Below, in pieces: positions 53,752 to 63,022 of a stretch of DNA of 63,149 nucleotides. Location: IMG/VR virus record IMGVR_UViG_3300031965_000025, positions 1 to 63,149 of that record. One strand, written 5' to 3'. Under the pieces are notes generated by a model that saw only the letters and a program-made list of their open reading frames with translations, was not told the origin of the DNA and did no database searches. Source of the DNA: a virus (taxonomy: Duplodnaviria > Caudoviricetes). The number at the start of each line of letters is the position of its first letter. The first letter of the stretch is position 1. Both the position numbers and the translations under genes were made by a program.

Positions 53752-54887
53752 CACGCGGGCGCACCGTTCCACGTGCCCGCACCCTGCCGAAAAAACTCGG
53801 GCTCTACGTACTTGATGATTCCTGCGCTCTTGGAGGCGAAGGGGTCGCCGTCGTACATGGCGAAGCAAAGCTTTTTCCAGCTACCTGTTGCGCCAGAGCA
53901 GCTCGTGCACGGCTTCACGTCAGGCAAGGGGTGGGCAGCATGGTTCGAGTGGCGCTTGATGACGGCCGCGCCCATGACGCGCGCGCGCTCGGCGACCCAC
54001 GCGGGTGCCTCGTCGATGCAAACGCGTTGGAAGCATTCGCGCCACGTCTCGCCGAGGCGGCGGACGGGCTGAGAGGCAAGCTTGCCGAACTGCGCCCCCG
54101 TCCGCGCGCCTGGGCAGCGTCGCGCGACGCGTTCGAACCACTGCGGCCACGCCTTCGCGGCGATCGGCAAGAGCAGGTCGGCTTTCATGAGCGGCGGCGC
54201 AACGCGAAGCTTATCACGGCGAATTCCCATGCGGGCGAAGACGTCATAGCATCGGTTGTAATCCCACTTGTTCTCGGCGATCGCGCGCCACACGTCGCTA
54301 TCCTCGAAATCGTAGATCGGGCGAAAGTTTCGAACCCCGTACTTGTTCGGCTTCGTGGCTGCGCCCTTCGCGTTGAAGATCGAACAAAGCCGCGCGCGAC
54401 TCTCGGAGCCGCGAAGGCCCATCACGCTGAACAAGTCGCGCTCGGGCGGCGGCGGGAATCGCTCGGGTACGACCATCCGATCGATCGAGTTCTCGTGCCG
54501 CAGCCAGGTTGCCCACGTCGGGGGCTCGCGGACCCAGGCCGATGGTTCGAGGCGTTCGTCGAAGACCCACCAGTACGGGCTCTCACGGTTGTAGACGTTC
54601 GTGCAGGGCTGCCCCATCACGAGCCAGTGAAATCGCACCTCGTCGCGAGCTGCTACGCGCTCGGCGTACTCGAAGGTGCCGGGGTACATGATCTCGTCGT
54701 CGCGCATGACGACATCGAGAGGCCCGTACCCTGTGAGCTGAGCCGCGAGCAACGACAGCTCGAGAACGATCGTGGAGTCTTTGCCGCCCGAGAACGCACA
54801 CACGAGGCGATGGCCTTCGCCCATGAGATCGCAAAGGCGCGCGAGTGCCTCGTCGAACACGTTGCGCCCCGTTACGAGCCTTGGCAT
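53748..54887 (-). CDS. PAPS reductase family protein (IbrA/YbdN type)
   Basis: AFSGGKDS, GLRGSESRAR, PIYDF...DVW, YNRCYD. Confidence 0.9.
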   Translation of the reverse strand: MPRLVTGRNVFDEALARLCDLMGEGHRLVCAFSGGKDSTIVLELSLLAAQLTGYGPLDVVMRDDEIMYPGTFEYAERVAARDEVRFHWLVMGQPCTNVYNRESPYWWVFDERLEPSAWVREPPTWATWLRHENSIDRMVVPERFPPPPERDLFSVMGLRGSESRARLCSIFNAKGAATKPNKYGVRNFRPIYDFEDSDVWRAIAENKWDYNRCYDVFARMGIRRDKLRVAPPLMKADLLLPIAAKAWPQWFERVARRCPGARTGAQFGKLASQPVRRLGETWRECFQRVCIDEAPAWVAERARVMGAAVIKRHSNHAAHPLPDVKPCTSCSGATGSWKKLCFAMYDGDPFASKSAGIIKYVEPEFFRQGAGTWNGAPAW

Positions 54888-54920
54888 TGCGCACTCAAGA
54901 TATACCCCAACGGGCCAGCG

Positions 54921-55529
54921 TCAGTGGGAGCCGAAGCACAGAGCCCAGCGCGGGGCAAGGCGAAGGCGAGCGATATGGTATTCGGCGAAACAGGCGTTGA
55001 ACGCCCTTCCAAGACAGGCCTCGTCGTGCGCCTCGAAGCCCATGGAGACCAGGAACGATTCCGGCTCACAGGCCACCAGTGCGACCACGTGGCGCCCTGC
55101 GCGCGCGAGCTGCGAAACGGCGTTGTCGAGGTAGTACGGCTCGGGCTCGTGCTCGTCTTCGTCTGGCACGTGATTGAGTACGCCCCACATGCACAGCACG
55201 AGATCGCGTTTGGCGAGCAGCGTTGCGATCTCGAGCGATCCAACCGCGAACGAGTGGGCCCCGAACTTCAAGCGCGCTCGACTGACCATGCCAGCGCTCA
55301 CGTCAACGCCCACGTAGCGGGCCGGCGCAATGTCGAAGGCATCGATCGCCCACCCCGTTCCGCACCCGACGTCGAGCACGTCGCAGGTTCGAAGCATTGC
55401 CCCGAACCTAGCGCACACAGCGTCGATGACCTCGCGGTCCTGGGCCTGAGACTGCGGCGTCGCAAAGTGCTCGTCGTAAATGTAAGCGACTCGATCGTAG
55501 CCCGCAGCGATGTCTTTCGTGTCGACCAT
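54921..55529 (-). CDS. Class I SAM-dependent methyltransferase
   Basis: VLDVGCGTG, YVGVDVSAGM. Confidence 0.9.
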   Translation of the reverse strand: MVDTKDIAAGYDRVAYIYDEHFATPQSQAQDREVIDAVCARFGAMLRTCDVLDVGCGTGWAIDAFDIAPARYVGVDVSAGMVSRARLKFGAHSFAVGSLEIATLLAKRDLVLCMWGVLNHVPDEDEHEPEPYYLDNAVSQLARAGRHVVALVACEPESFLVSMGFEAHDEACLGRAFNACFAEYHIARLRLAPRWALCFGSH

Positions 55530-55860
55530 GCCGCATCTTGCCTACCTCGATAGGCACCGTCAACCGGGCTCGCGAAAGTAGTAGTAGTAGTCTTTGATCC
55601 TATAAGGAGCGCGCGCGAGGGCAGTTGTCCCCAGACTTGTCCCCAGGCAAGGGGTGGTTTTCCCCAGAAAACAGGCGTTGTCCCCAGATCGAATTCGTAG
55701 CCTGTGGTTTGCGCAGCGGAACTAGCGGGTCTGTAATCGGTTTTCGGAACCAACGCCCTGTGAAAAACTCGCGAAGCTCAAAAACCTGTTGACGACGGAG
55801 GTCACCCATGCCTAACACTATAGGCACAGACGAACGAACCGGCCTCGATGGAGCGAGACG
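55530..55860. promoter_or_regulatory. Divergent control region and candidate replication origin
   Basis: Class B operators at 55540-55555 and 55810-55825 within divergent TTGACG promoters; (TAG)4 at 55579-55590; four TT(G/T)TCCCCAG boxes at 55625, 55637, 55658, 55678. Confidence 0.65.
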
Positions 55861-56616
55861 ATGAACGACAGCAACTCCTACAACTTTTCTGAACTGGCTG
55901 CGCCCTTCGAGGCGAGTGAACTCGAATGGCTGCCGAAGGTCGTACGCAAAGCGACACAGGGCGAGGGCCACGTTTCGTTGGCGCTGTGCTACGTCACGGC
56001 GAGGGCGATTATGGATCGACTCGATGCGGTGGTCGGGCCCGCCAACTGGCGAGACGAGTTCGTCACCGGGCCAAGCGGTGGCGTCTTGTGCGGCCTCGCG
56101 ATTCGCGTCGACGGCGAATGGGTGACGAAGTACGACGGCTCCGAGAACACCGACGTTGAGCCCGTGAAAGGCGGGCTGAGCGGCGCTTTCAAGCGGGCCG
56201 CGGTGAAGTGGGGTATTGGCCGATACCTCTACGATGCGCCGTCGAGCTGGTACAAGTGCGAGGCGTACGAACAGAGCGGGAAGCTGAGGCACAAACGCTG
56301 GCTCGAGGATCCGCGGCTGCCTGACAGCATGATGCCCGCCGGTGCGCCTGCCCAGACTCAACCCAAGAGCGCGGCGCCACCCGAGGCCCTGCCACCCATC
56401 GAAGCGCTGCGCGTGCGGCTTCGCGACCTCGTAAAGGTCGTTGGCAAGGCGAAGGCAAACGAGTTCATCGAGCGCTGGCTCCCGGCGCAGTTCGACGGGT
56501 GCGCCGAGTTCGCCGATATTCCAGCAGACAAGCTCGCAAGTATGGCTCAAAAGCTGTCGCAAATGTCGCAGCCCGATCGCAAGAAGATGATTTTTGAAAA
56601 GCTCAAGGAGTCGTGA
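55861..56616 (+). CDS. Rad52/Rad22-family (Sak-like) single-strand annealing protein
   Basis: YVTARAIMDRLDAVVGPANW...KGGLSGAFKRAAVKWGIGRYLY. Confidence 0.9.
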   Translation: MNDSNSYNFSELAAPFEASELEWLPKVVRKATQGEGHVSLALCYVTARAIMDRLDAVVGPANWRDEFVTGPSGGVLCGLAIRVDGEWVTKYDGSENTDVEPVKGGLSGAFKRAAVKWGIGRYLYDAPSSWYKCEAYEQSGKLRHKRWLEDPRLPDSMMPAGAPAQTQPKSAAPPEALPPIEALRVRLRDLVKVVGKAKANEFIERWLPAQFDGCAEFADIPADKLASMAQKLSQMSQPDRKKMIFEKLKES

Positions 56617-57111
56617 GTGCCGCTCGTACTCGACCGAAACCCTGGCGGCTGCATCGTGCTGACGACACGCAACGGCGTCGTGAAGGTGTACTACGAAGGC
56701 CACCGCTCGGGCGGGCTCGCGGGCTCGATTGCGATCGAGGCGCCGAAGTCGGTGGGTATCTACCGCGCCGAAATCTACGATGGCACCACACCCTCCTGCG
56801 CGCTGTGCTGCGATGAGGGCGTGGTGCTGGCGATGCCTGTTGAGGGAGCGGCACGGCGGCGAGTTCTACCCCTGAAGGGTGATGATGGGGGCGTGATGGT
56901 GTTGTGCCCGAGCTGTAAGGGGCAGCCGTTCGGGCACGACCCGCTCTGGCGCCCTACCGTCCGCGGGCGGGCGACGTTCTGCGGCCGCGGCTGTACGGTG
57001 CTCGTTTTCGACGACCAGGGCAGCGCCGTGGTGCAGCTCGACGAAAGCACGCTCCCAAAACGCGGCCAGATCATCGTTGCCGTTACCGACCTTCGAAGGC
57101 CACCCGACTGA
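56617..57111 (+). CDS. CsrA/RsmA-like domain fused to a Cys-rich C-terminal region
   Basis: LVLDRNPGGCIVL...IAIEAPKSVGIYRAEIY; CALCC..CPSC. Confidence 0.72.
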   Translation: MPLVLDRNPGGCIVLTTRNGVVKVYYEGHRSGGLAGSIAIEAPKSVGIYRAEIYDGTTPSCALCCDEGVVLAMPVEGAARRRVLPLKGDDGGVMVLCPSCKGQPFGHDPLWRPTVRGRATFCGRGCTVLVFDDQGSAVVQLDESTLPKRGQIIVAVTDLRRPPD

Positions 57112-57308
57112 TGACGCACGTTCTCACCGAGTACGGGCCCGTCCGCAAGACGTTCGAGAAACCCTCGTACAGCTACGAGCCCGGAACGCCCTGTGAGGTG
57201 CTCGGCGTAGATCCGCTGAACCCTCAAAAGCTCGTCGTGCGAATCGAACGCGACGGGTTCGTGATGACCCGCTCGGTGCCAGCCGAGCACGTTGCATTGG
57301 TGCAGTGA
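57111..57308 (+). CDS. Small beta-rich protein
   Basis: TGATG coupling. Confidence 0.65.
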   Translation: MTHVLTEYGPVRKTFEKPSYSYEPGTPCEVLGVDPLNPQKLVVRIERDGFVMTRSVPAEHVALVQ

Positions 57309-58121
57309 ATGACCGTCGAATACAAGACAGAGGCCGCGGTGTTCGAGGCCCTTCGCGCCATGTACCCGGAGCAAGCCTATGCCGTGCTGCCTAGCGTGCC
57401 CGACACCACAGGCACGGGCAGGACGAGGACGGCTGACGCGATCGTCATCGGCCTCTGGCCTTCGCGCGGGCTCGAAATCGAAGGGTTCGAAATCAAAGTC
57501 AGTCGCGCCGACTGCCTCAAGGAGCTGAAACAAGTCAACAAGTCGGCGCCCGTGCAGAAGTATTGCGATCGATGGTGGATCGTCGCGGGCGTGCGCGGCA
57601 TCGTCGATGCGGCTGAGTTGCCAAAGACGTGGGGCCTGATACAGCCCTACGGCGAATCGTTGCGCCGCGAAGTACCGGCACCCCAGCTCGAGCCAGCCGA
57701 GGTGAATCGCGGGTTTGTCGCGGCCCTCATGCGCCAATACTGCCGGCACGAGCTGCCAGAAGCGGCCCTCAACCTGGCCTGCGAGGCGGCTCGCAAGGAG
57801 GGCTTGAGCAAGGGAATCGAGATCGGCAAGAACTCGGTTGGCGGCGACCACAAAAGGCTACAGAGTGCGTACGATCAGTTACGCGAGCGCGTCGACGCGT
57901 TCGAAGCGGCTTCGGGCATCACGCTTCTGTCGGGTTGGTCGCGACAACTCGAAGACGGGCGCAGCACGATCGCCGACCACGATCCCTTTGCCCTTGGTAG
58001 GGCAGTCGCGACCGTGCTCAAGGGCGACAAGGAGCTTGAGCACGCGAGGAGCAGGCTCGGGCACTTCAAGAGCGACCTGCAACGCATTTTGACGCAGCTC
58101 GACAACATGGGGTGCAAGTGA
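57309..58121 (+). CDS. PD-(D/E)XK nuclease (MmcB-like)
   Basis: RTADAIVIGLWPSRG..IEGFEIKVSRAD. Confidence 0.8.
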   Translation: MTVEYKTEAAVFEALRAMYPEQAYAVLPSVPDTTGTGRTRTADAIVIGLWPSRGLEIEGFEIKVSRADCLKELKQVNKSAPVQKYCDRWWIVAGVRGIVDAAELPKTWGLIQPYGESLRREVPAPQLEPAEVNRGFVAALMRQYCRHELPEAALNLACEAARKEGLSKGIEIGKNSVGGDHKRLQSAYDQLRERVDAFEAASGITLLSGWSRQLEDGRSTIADHDPFALGRAVATVLKGDKELEHARSRLGHFKSDLQRILTQLDNMGCK

Positions 58122-58324
58122 ACGCCCTGAGCATCAGAGAGCCGTGGGCAAGCGCCATCGTTCACGGCGAGAAGCGCATCGAAAACCGCACGTGGGCGCC
58201 ACCTGCGCGCTACATCGACACCCAGATCGCGATCCATGCGGCGAAGACCTATGGGCGCGCGGATCAGAGCCGCTCGAAAACCGCTGCGGCGCGCGTCGCA
58301 CAATACGAAATGGAGGGAGCGTGA
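58118..58324 (+). pseudogene. Truncated ASCH domain gene
   Basis: ALSIREPWA.AIVHGEKRIENRTW..IAIHA, then the C-terminal half is missing. Confidence 0.65.
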
Positions 58325-59091
58325 CAGCACCAGCCGTCAATTTTGAGCGTCTCCGCACGCTCTTCGACGCCGGCCTCGTCGGTGGACTGGGCACCGAGTC
58401 TCAGACCTGCATCGAGGGGGCGATAGCCCTCGCGTGCGGCGAGGGGCTCACGGACATGCCGTCGTGTGTCGCCGAGCCGGACCGCCGGTGGGCGATCCGC
58501 ATCAACGACGCAAAGTGGTCGTCCGAGGCCGTCCGCGCGGATGCACTGTGGCCTGTCGCCCTGGCACAGATCGGGACGGCGGGGGCAGACCGGCTCCCAT
58601 GGGCCCGCGCCATCGCTCTCGGCACCGTCCGGCGGGTGCTGCCCCTGTTGCTCGACGAGCGCGGACTGACCAAAGAAGCGGCCGCCTGCAGAGCTGCGGA
58701 GGATCTGGAGGCTGCGCGCCTGGCTGCGCAGCAAGCCGGGCGCGCTTTATATAGCGCCGCCGCCTACGCCGACGGCGGCGGCGGCGGCGGCGCCTTCGCC
58801 GACGCCTACGCCGCCGCCGCCGCCTCCTTCGCCGCCTTCGCCGCCGCCGCCTACGCCGCCGCCTTCGCCGCCGCCGCCGACGCCGCCGCCGCCGACGCCT
58901 ACGCCGCCGACGCCGCCGCCGCCTACGCCGCCTTCGACGCCTACGCCTTCGACGCCTACGCCGCCGACGCCTACGCCGCCGACGCCGCCGCCAAGCGAGA
59001 CCAGATCCTGCGTGAGGCCGTCGCGGTCGCGCTGGACGCGTATGCCGCAGAAGGGCGGCACACGCCTGAAGCACAACCGGAGGGAGTATGA
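58321..59091 (+). CDS. Phage protein with Ala-rich low-complexity tract
   Basis: GTG start with GGAG SD; CIEGAI...PSCV....R..AIRIND..WSS. Confidence 0.75.
   Translation: MTAPAVNFERLRTLFDAGLVGGLGTESQTCIEGAIALACGEGLTDMPSCVAEPDRRWAIRINDAKWSSEAVRADALWPVALAQIGTAGADRLPWARAIALGTVRRVLPLLLDERGLTKEAAACRAAEDLEAARLAAQQAGRALYSAAAYADGGGGGGAFADAYAAAAASFAAFAAAAYAAAFAAAADAAAADAYAADAAAAYAAFDAYAFDAYAADAYAADAAAKRDQILREAVAVALDAYAAEGRHTPEAQPEGV
58755..58992. repeat. GCC-based trinucleotide microsatellite
   Basis: ~79 codons drawn only from GCC/GAC/TAC/TTC/GGC/TCC. Confidence 0.95.
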
Positions 59092-59173
59092 CCGCCGTCG
59101 ACTGGGAGGCACTACGCGCCCAATTCGAGCACGACCAGGTGAGCTGGGTCACCCACCAACTAGCGGGGGCACC

Positions 59174-59863
59174 ATGAGCGAGCGACGCAGGTTTCTGGCG
59201 GGCGATGTCGTGTTCCACAAGCCCACAAAGGAAGAGTGGTCTCTGGCTTGTGACGAGAGCCATCTGAGCGTGTACCCAAGCGGGTGGCCTGCGACGCGCG
59301 CGAGCGCCGATGATTGCGAGCTGCTCACGCCCATCACCCTCAAGGGCCGGTTCGAAACCCTTTGCGAAGTGTCGCGCTGGCGACTTCATGGCGAAGGGCA
59401 TCGCGCGGCGCGTGCAAGTGAAGACCTGCGACTCACGATTGCTCACAACGCCGAGGCGTCGCCCTTGTTGTTCATCGCGGGCCCGTATTCGAGCGATCCG
59501 TCAGCCGGGCTACGAAACGCCGTAGCTCTCGCCGAGTTCGTGATCGCGGCGGGTGGCTTCCCGTTCGTGCCGCACGTGTTCCACCTGTGGGACTTGATCG
59601 CGCCGCACCCCTACCAGTTTTGGATCGACCTCGACCTGCAGATACTTCGGCGCTGCCATGGCGTCATCAGGCTTGCGGGCGAGTCGAAGGGCGCGGACGG
59701 TGAAGTAGCCGAAGCCAGGGCCCGCGGGCTGGCAGTTCTCGATCTCGGTGTTGAGCCTGACCCCAAAGTGCCGCTGGGCGCTCGTGTGGAGGCCCTGGTT
59801 CGCAGGCTCTTCGCTGCGCACAATGATGCGTCGGGCTGGCTGCATGCGGTCCCGGCACCGTAA
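59174..59863 (+). CDS. DUF4406/nucleoside-deoxyribosyltransferase-like domain protein
   Basis: FIAGPYS...PFVPH...DLQILRRCH..IRL.GESKGA..EVAEA. Confidence 0.7.
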   Translation: MSERRRFLAGDVVFHKPTKEEWSLACDESHLSVYPSGWPATRASADDCELLTPITLKGRFETLCEVSRWRLHGEGHRAARASEDLRLTIAHNAEASPLLFIAGPYSSDPSAGLRNAVALAEFVIAAGGFPFVPHVFHLWDLIAPHPYQFWIDLDLQILRRCHGVIRLAGESKGADGEVAEARARGLAVLDLGVEPDPKVPLGARVEALVRRLFAAHNDASGWLHAVPAP

Positions 59864-61125
59864 TGGGAACGTTTCAAACCGTCGACGTGAACGAGCGCGC
59901 GCGGATCTACGTGGGTGACGTCGCAGACGTGCTTGGAAACATCGACGTCTGCGACGCGGCCTTCAGTGATCCGCCGTACGGCTGGAGCTTCATGGCGAAG
60001 GGCTGGGACCACGAGGTGCCGGGGCCTGACGTCTGGCGCCTCGTGCGATCAAGCGTGCGCCCCGGCGCGAGCCTCAAGGCGTTTGGCGGCCCGCGCACCT
60101 ACCATCACCTGGCTACCGCGATCGAGCTTGGGGGCTGGGAGATCCGAGATATGGAGCTGTGGCTCTACATTCAGGGGTTCCCGAAGAGCCACGACATTTC
60201 GAAGAGCATCGACCGTGAGCTTGGGTCTGAGCGCGAGATCATTCGCCGCGTGCCTGGCACCGGGCGCGCTGGCGGCGAGGGCTACCAGAGCGGTGACTAC
60301 GGCGGCGGGTGGAATGGCATCACAGAGACAGCTCCGGCTACCGAGCTGGCGCGCGCTTTCGATGGGTACGGCTCGGCGCTCAAGCCAGCCTACGAGCCGA
60401 TCTGCACCGCCATGGCGCCGCGTGATGGCTCGTTCGCGCAGAACGCAATCAAGCATGGCGTCGCGGGCATCAACATCAACGCCGGGCGGGTTGAGCTGGG
60501 AGAGGTGGCCGCGGGTGGCCGCTGGCCGTCCAATATCACGCTCGATGAGGGCGCCGCGCGCCTACTCGACGAACAGACGGGCGAGCTTTCGTCGGGCTAC
60601 ATGGCCGCGGGAACCCATCGGGCGAACGGCATGGGCTACAACGGGGGGCAGCCCGCCGTTGTAGCCCATGACACCTACGCCGACAGTGGCGGCGCGTCGC
60701 GGTGCTTCTACTCACCCAAGGCGAGCCCCGCCGAACGAGAGGCCGGGCTCGATGGGTTCAGAAAGGGGCACTGGAACGACGGGCGGTCGACACCCAAGAA
60801 TACCCCGCACCTTCGCAAAGACGGTGCGCGCGCGAACGTGCACCCCGCGGTCAAGCCGATTGATCTGTGTCGGTACCACGCCGCAATGCTCCTGCCGCCT
60901 CCGCGCGCTGATGGAAAGCCGCGGCGCCTGCTCGTGCCGTTCTCGGGCAGCGGATCCGAAATGATCGGCGGGCTGCTCGCGGGCTGGGATGAGGTCGTCG
61001 GCATCGAGATCAACCCTGAATACGTCGAGCTTGCGAAGGCTCGCATTGCCCATTGGCAGGAGTACGGGGTGGCAAAGTCAGAACGTGCAGACGTCGAACG
61101 AGCTGGTCAGGGCACCTTGTTTTGA
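59863..61125 (+). CDS. DNA amino-methyltransferase (N6-A/N4-C, beta type)
   Basis: SDPPY...HPAVKP...VPFSGSGS..GIEINPEY. Confidence 0.9.
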   Translation: MGTFQTVDVNERARIYVGDVADVLGNIDVCDAAFSDPPYGWSFMAKGWDHEVPGPDVWRLVRSSVRPGASLKAFGGPRTYHHLATAIELGGWEIRDMELWLYIQGFPKSHDISKSIDRELGSEREIIRRVPGTGRAGGEGYQSGDYGGGWNGITETAPATELARAFDGYGSALKPAYEPICTAMAPRDGSFAQNAIKHGVAGININAGRVELGEVAAGGRWPSNITLDEGAARLLDEQTGELSSGYMAAGTHRANGMGYNGGQPAVVAHDTYADSGGASRCFYSPKASPAEREAGLDGFRKGHWNDGRSTPKNTPHLRKDGARANVHPAVKPIDLCRYHAAMLLPPPRADGKPRRLLVPFSGSGSEMIGGLLAGWDEVVGIEINPEYVELAKARIAHWQEYGVAKSERADVERAGQGTLF

Positions 61126-61191
61126 CTTGTTGACGGCCACAAGGTACAACTTTCGAAAGCCCAATGACGGGCTGGAACGGAGAACGTGATG
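61122..61191 (+). promoter_or_regulatory. Cassette E8 (divergent)
   Basis: TTGACT-N17-TACAAC, TTGTTG-ACGG-CCACAA, AGCCCAATGACGGGCT, GGAGA, ATG. Confidence 0.75.
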
Positions 61192-61401
61192 AACCCACTA
61201 CATACAGGCGGCTACGCGGTGCCGTGCGAGTCGTGCGGCGAGCCGTTGCTGAGCGATGAGGAGAAGCGCGGAACGTGCGGCGACTGCGCCAAACGCAGCC
61301 GAAGACCCTGCAAGTGCATCAAGCCTCAGCCCCGCGCGGGCGCAACGGGCTGGGTGCCTTGTGAGGGGCGGTGCGGCGGCTACCTGTGGGTGGCGCCGTG
61401 A
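61189..61401 (+). CDS. Small Zn-finger protein
   Basis: CESC..CGDC..C.C..CEGRC. Confidence 0.65.
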   Translation: MNPLHTGGYAVPCESCGEPLLSDEEKRGTCGDCAKRSRRPCKCIKPQPRAGATGWVPCEGRCGGYLWVAP

Positions 61402-61889
61402 TCCGCTGCCCCTTCCAACCTGGCGATCGCGTGCGGGCCTTGCCGAGCCCGTCGTGGGAGTCGAACCCATGCCGCGTGCCCAAGGGTGCCTCCTCATGGG
61501 CCGTGCTCGAAGAGGGCCAGCGCTCGCGGATCGGAAAGGTGCAGCGCGTGTACGGCGGCGATGCGCCGATCGTCGTGAGCCCCGAACGCCCCTACATCAT
61601 CGTTGCCTTCGACGTGAAGGGTGGCGCGATGCTCAACGGCTACTGGCCGAACGAGCTGGAATTCGCGGGGATACCGAAGACCCTTGCCTCGGCTGAGAAG
61701 CGCATTGCGCGATACGGGTTCGGGGTGGTGCGGGTCTTCCACACCGACGAACGAAGCCAGGGGGCCCAAGGGCTCGAGGCAACGTGTGACGGGTTGCGGA
61801 TCTACCAGCCCGGCAACGTCAACGACCTTGCCACGTTTGCGGGCCTGCTCGAAGCGGTCGACCAAGCCGCGCGGGAGCAGTGGTCATGA
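61398..61889 (+). CDS. Hypothetical protein
   Basis: GTGA coupling. Confidence 0.6.
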   Translation: MIRCPFQPGDRVRALPSPSWESNPCRVPKGASSWAVLEEGQRSRIGKVQRVYGGDAPIVVSPERPYIIVAFDVKGGAMLNGYWPNELEFAGIPKTLASAEKRIARYGFGVVRVFHTDERSQGAQGLEATCDGLRIYQPGNVNDLATFAGLLEAVDQAAREQWS

Positions 61890-62302
61890 TGCAGGGAACG
61901 CTCTTCGGCGTAGGGGTCGAGCCCGAGCCCTCGCCCGCCCCGTGGGTAGATGCCACTTGGCGGCTCGGGCCCTTCCGTGCCGAGTTCGCCGAACTGATGG
62001 CGCGTGACCCCGCATTCCTGCGCTCTGGCTGGGCGCTGGGGCGCTGGGGGGTCTGCAAGACACCGGGCGTGATCGAGTGGTGCTGGCAGCTCGACGAGAT
62101 CACGTCAGGTAAGCGCGTGGGCCTGTGGCCGACGACGGGCGACCAGGCGGCTGATCTACGCGCGCTGATGAGCCACGTGGAAAGGCTCTATGCCGCGTCG
62201 CAGCGGTGGGGCCTTCTGCCGCTTGCGGAAGTTGATAACGAGTTCTTCGACGTGATCAGGCCGTTTCGGTCGGTGGTTCGATGCTTCACGGAGTGTATAT
62301 GA
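61886..62302 (+). CDS. Hypothetical protein
   Basis: ATGA coupling. Confidence 0.6.
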   Translation: MMQGTLFGVGVEPEPSPAPWVDATWRLGPFRAEFAELMARDPAFLRSGWALGRWGVCKTPGVIEWCWQLDEITSGKRVGLWPTTGDQAADLRALMSHVERLYAASQRWGLLPLAEVDNEFFDVIRPFRSVVRCFTECI

Positions 62303-62796
62303 GCGGGCGAGGAGCCAGGGCTGGCAAAGCGTACGAGCGTCAGGTCGACGAGACCAACGCGTTCCTGATGCAACAGGGGCTCGCGTTCGTGTTCAAGGTG
62401 CCAGATCCGATGCAGGTTAAGTATCGCGAGGGCCGCAACTACCTCGCGCGAAAGTCGGCGGCCGTCTATGCCGACTTCGCGGGCATGCTTGCTGACGGGC
62501 GGTTCGTCGGCTTCGACGCAAAGCGCTGCGAGGACACAGACCGCTTTCCGTTCTCGCAACTCAGCGATCATCAGCGGTGGTGCCTGCAAATGACAGCCGC
62601 GTTTGGTGGGCATGCCTTCGTGCTCGTGCTGCGAGTCGATGGGGCGCGCTGGAACGAGTACGTGTTTCCCGTCGACGAAGACGGCATCATCGCCGGGGTC
62701 ACCGACGCGAAATCAATCAGGTGGGATGCCGCGGGGGCCTTCATGGTGCCGCGTGGTCAAACCTGGTTCGACCAAATCGTGAGGGCGCAGCAATGA
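62299..62796 (+). CDS. recU: RecU-like Holliday junction resolvase
   Basis: GKAYE..V..TN...KVP.P...ADFAG...GRFVGFDAK...HQ...L...GG.AFVLV. Confidence 0.82.
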   Translation: MSGRGARAGKAYERQVDETNAFLMQQGLAFVFKVPDPMQVKYREGRNYLARKSAAVYADFAGMLADGRFVGFDAKRCEDTDRFPFSQLSDHQRWCLQMTAAFGGHAFVLVLRVDGARWNEYVFPVDEDGIIAGVTDAKSIRWDAAGAFMVPRGQTWFDQIVRAQQ

Positions 62797-63005
62797 GCCG
62801 ACTTCAAAGGGTGCTGTGCCGCATTGGGCTGCACCGTATGCGCGTCGTGAGAGACACGGGTCTACACGCCTACGTTCAGTGCGAACGCTGCGAGAAGCGC
62901 CGTTGCATCGTTCTGAGCACCGAGGGCATGCAGCCCCGCGATGACCATTGGGTGCGAACGGGCGAGTGGTATCAACCGCCCATGCCGGACGGGAGGGAGC
63001 GATGA
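62793..63005 (+). CDS. Small hypothetical protein (DUF1660-like)
   Basis: LCRIGLHR...CERC; coupled at both ends. Confidence 0.55.
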   Translation: MSRLQRVLCRIGLHRMRVVRDTGLHAYVQCERCEKRRCIVLSTEGMQPRDDHWVRTGEWYQPPMPDGRER

Positions 63006-63022
63006 TCGTCATTGCGGCAATC

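Noticed and set aside
58502-59446. Poly-Arg and poly-Gly ORFs on the minus strand
   Set aside because: Alternative frames of the GCC microsatellite.
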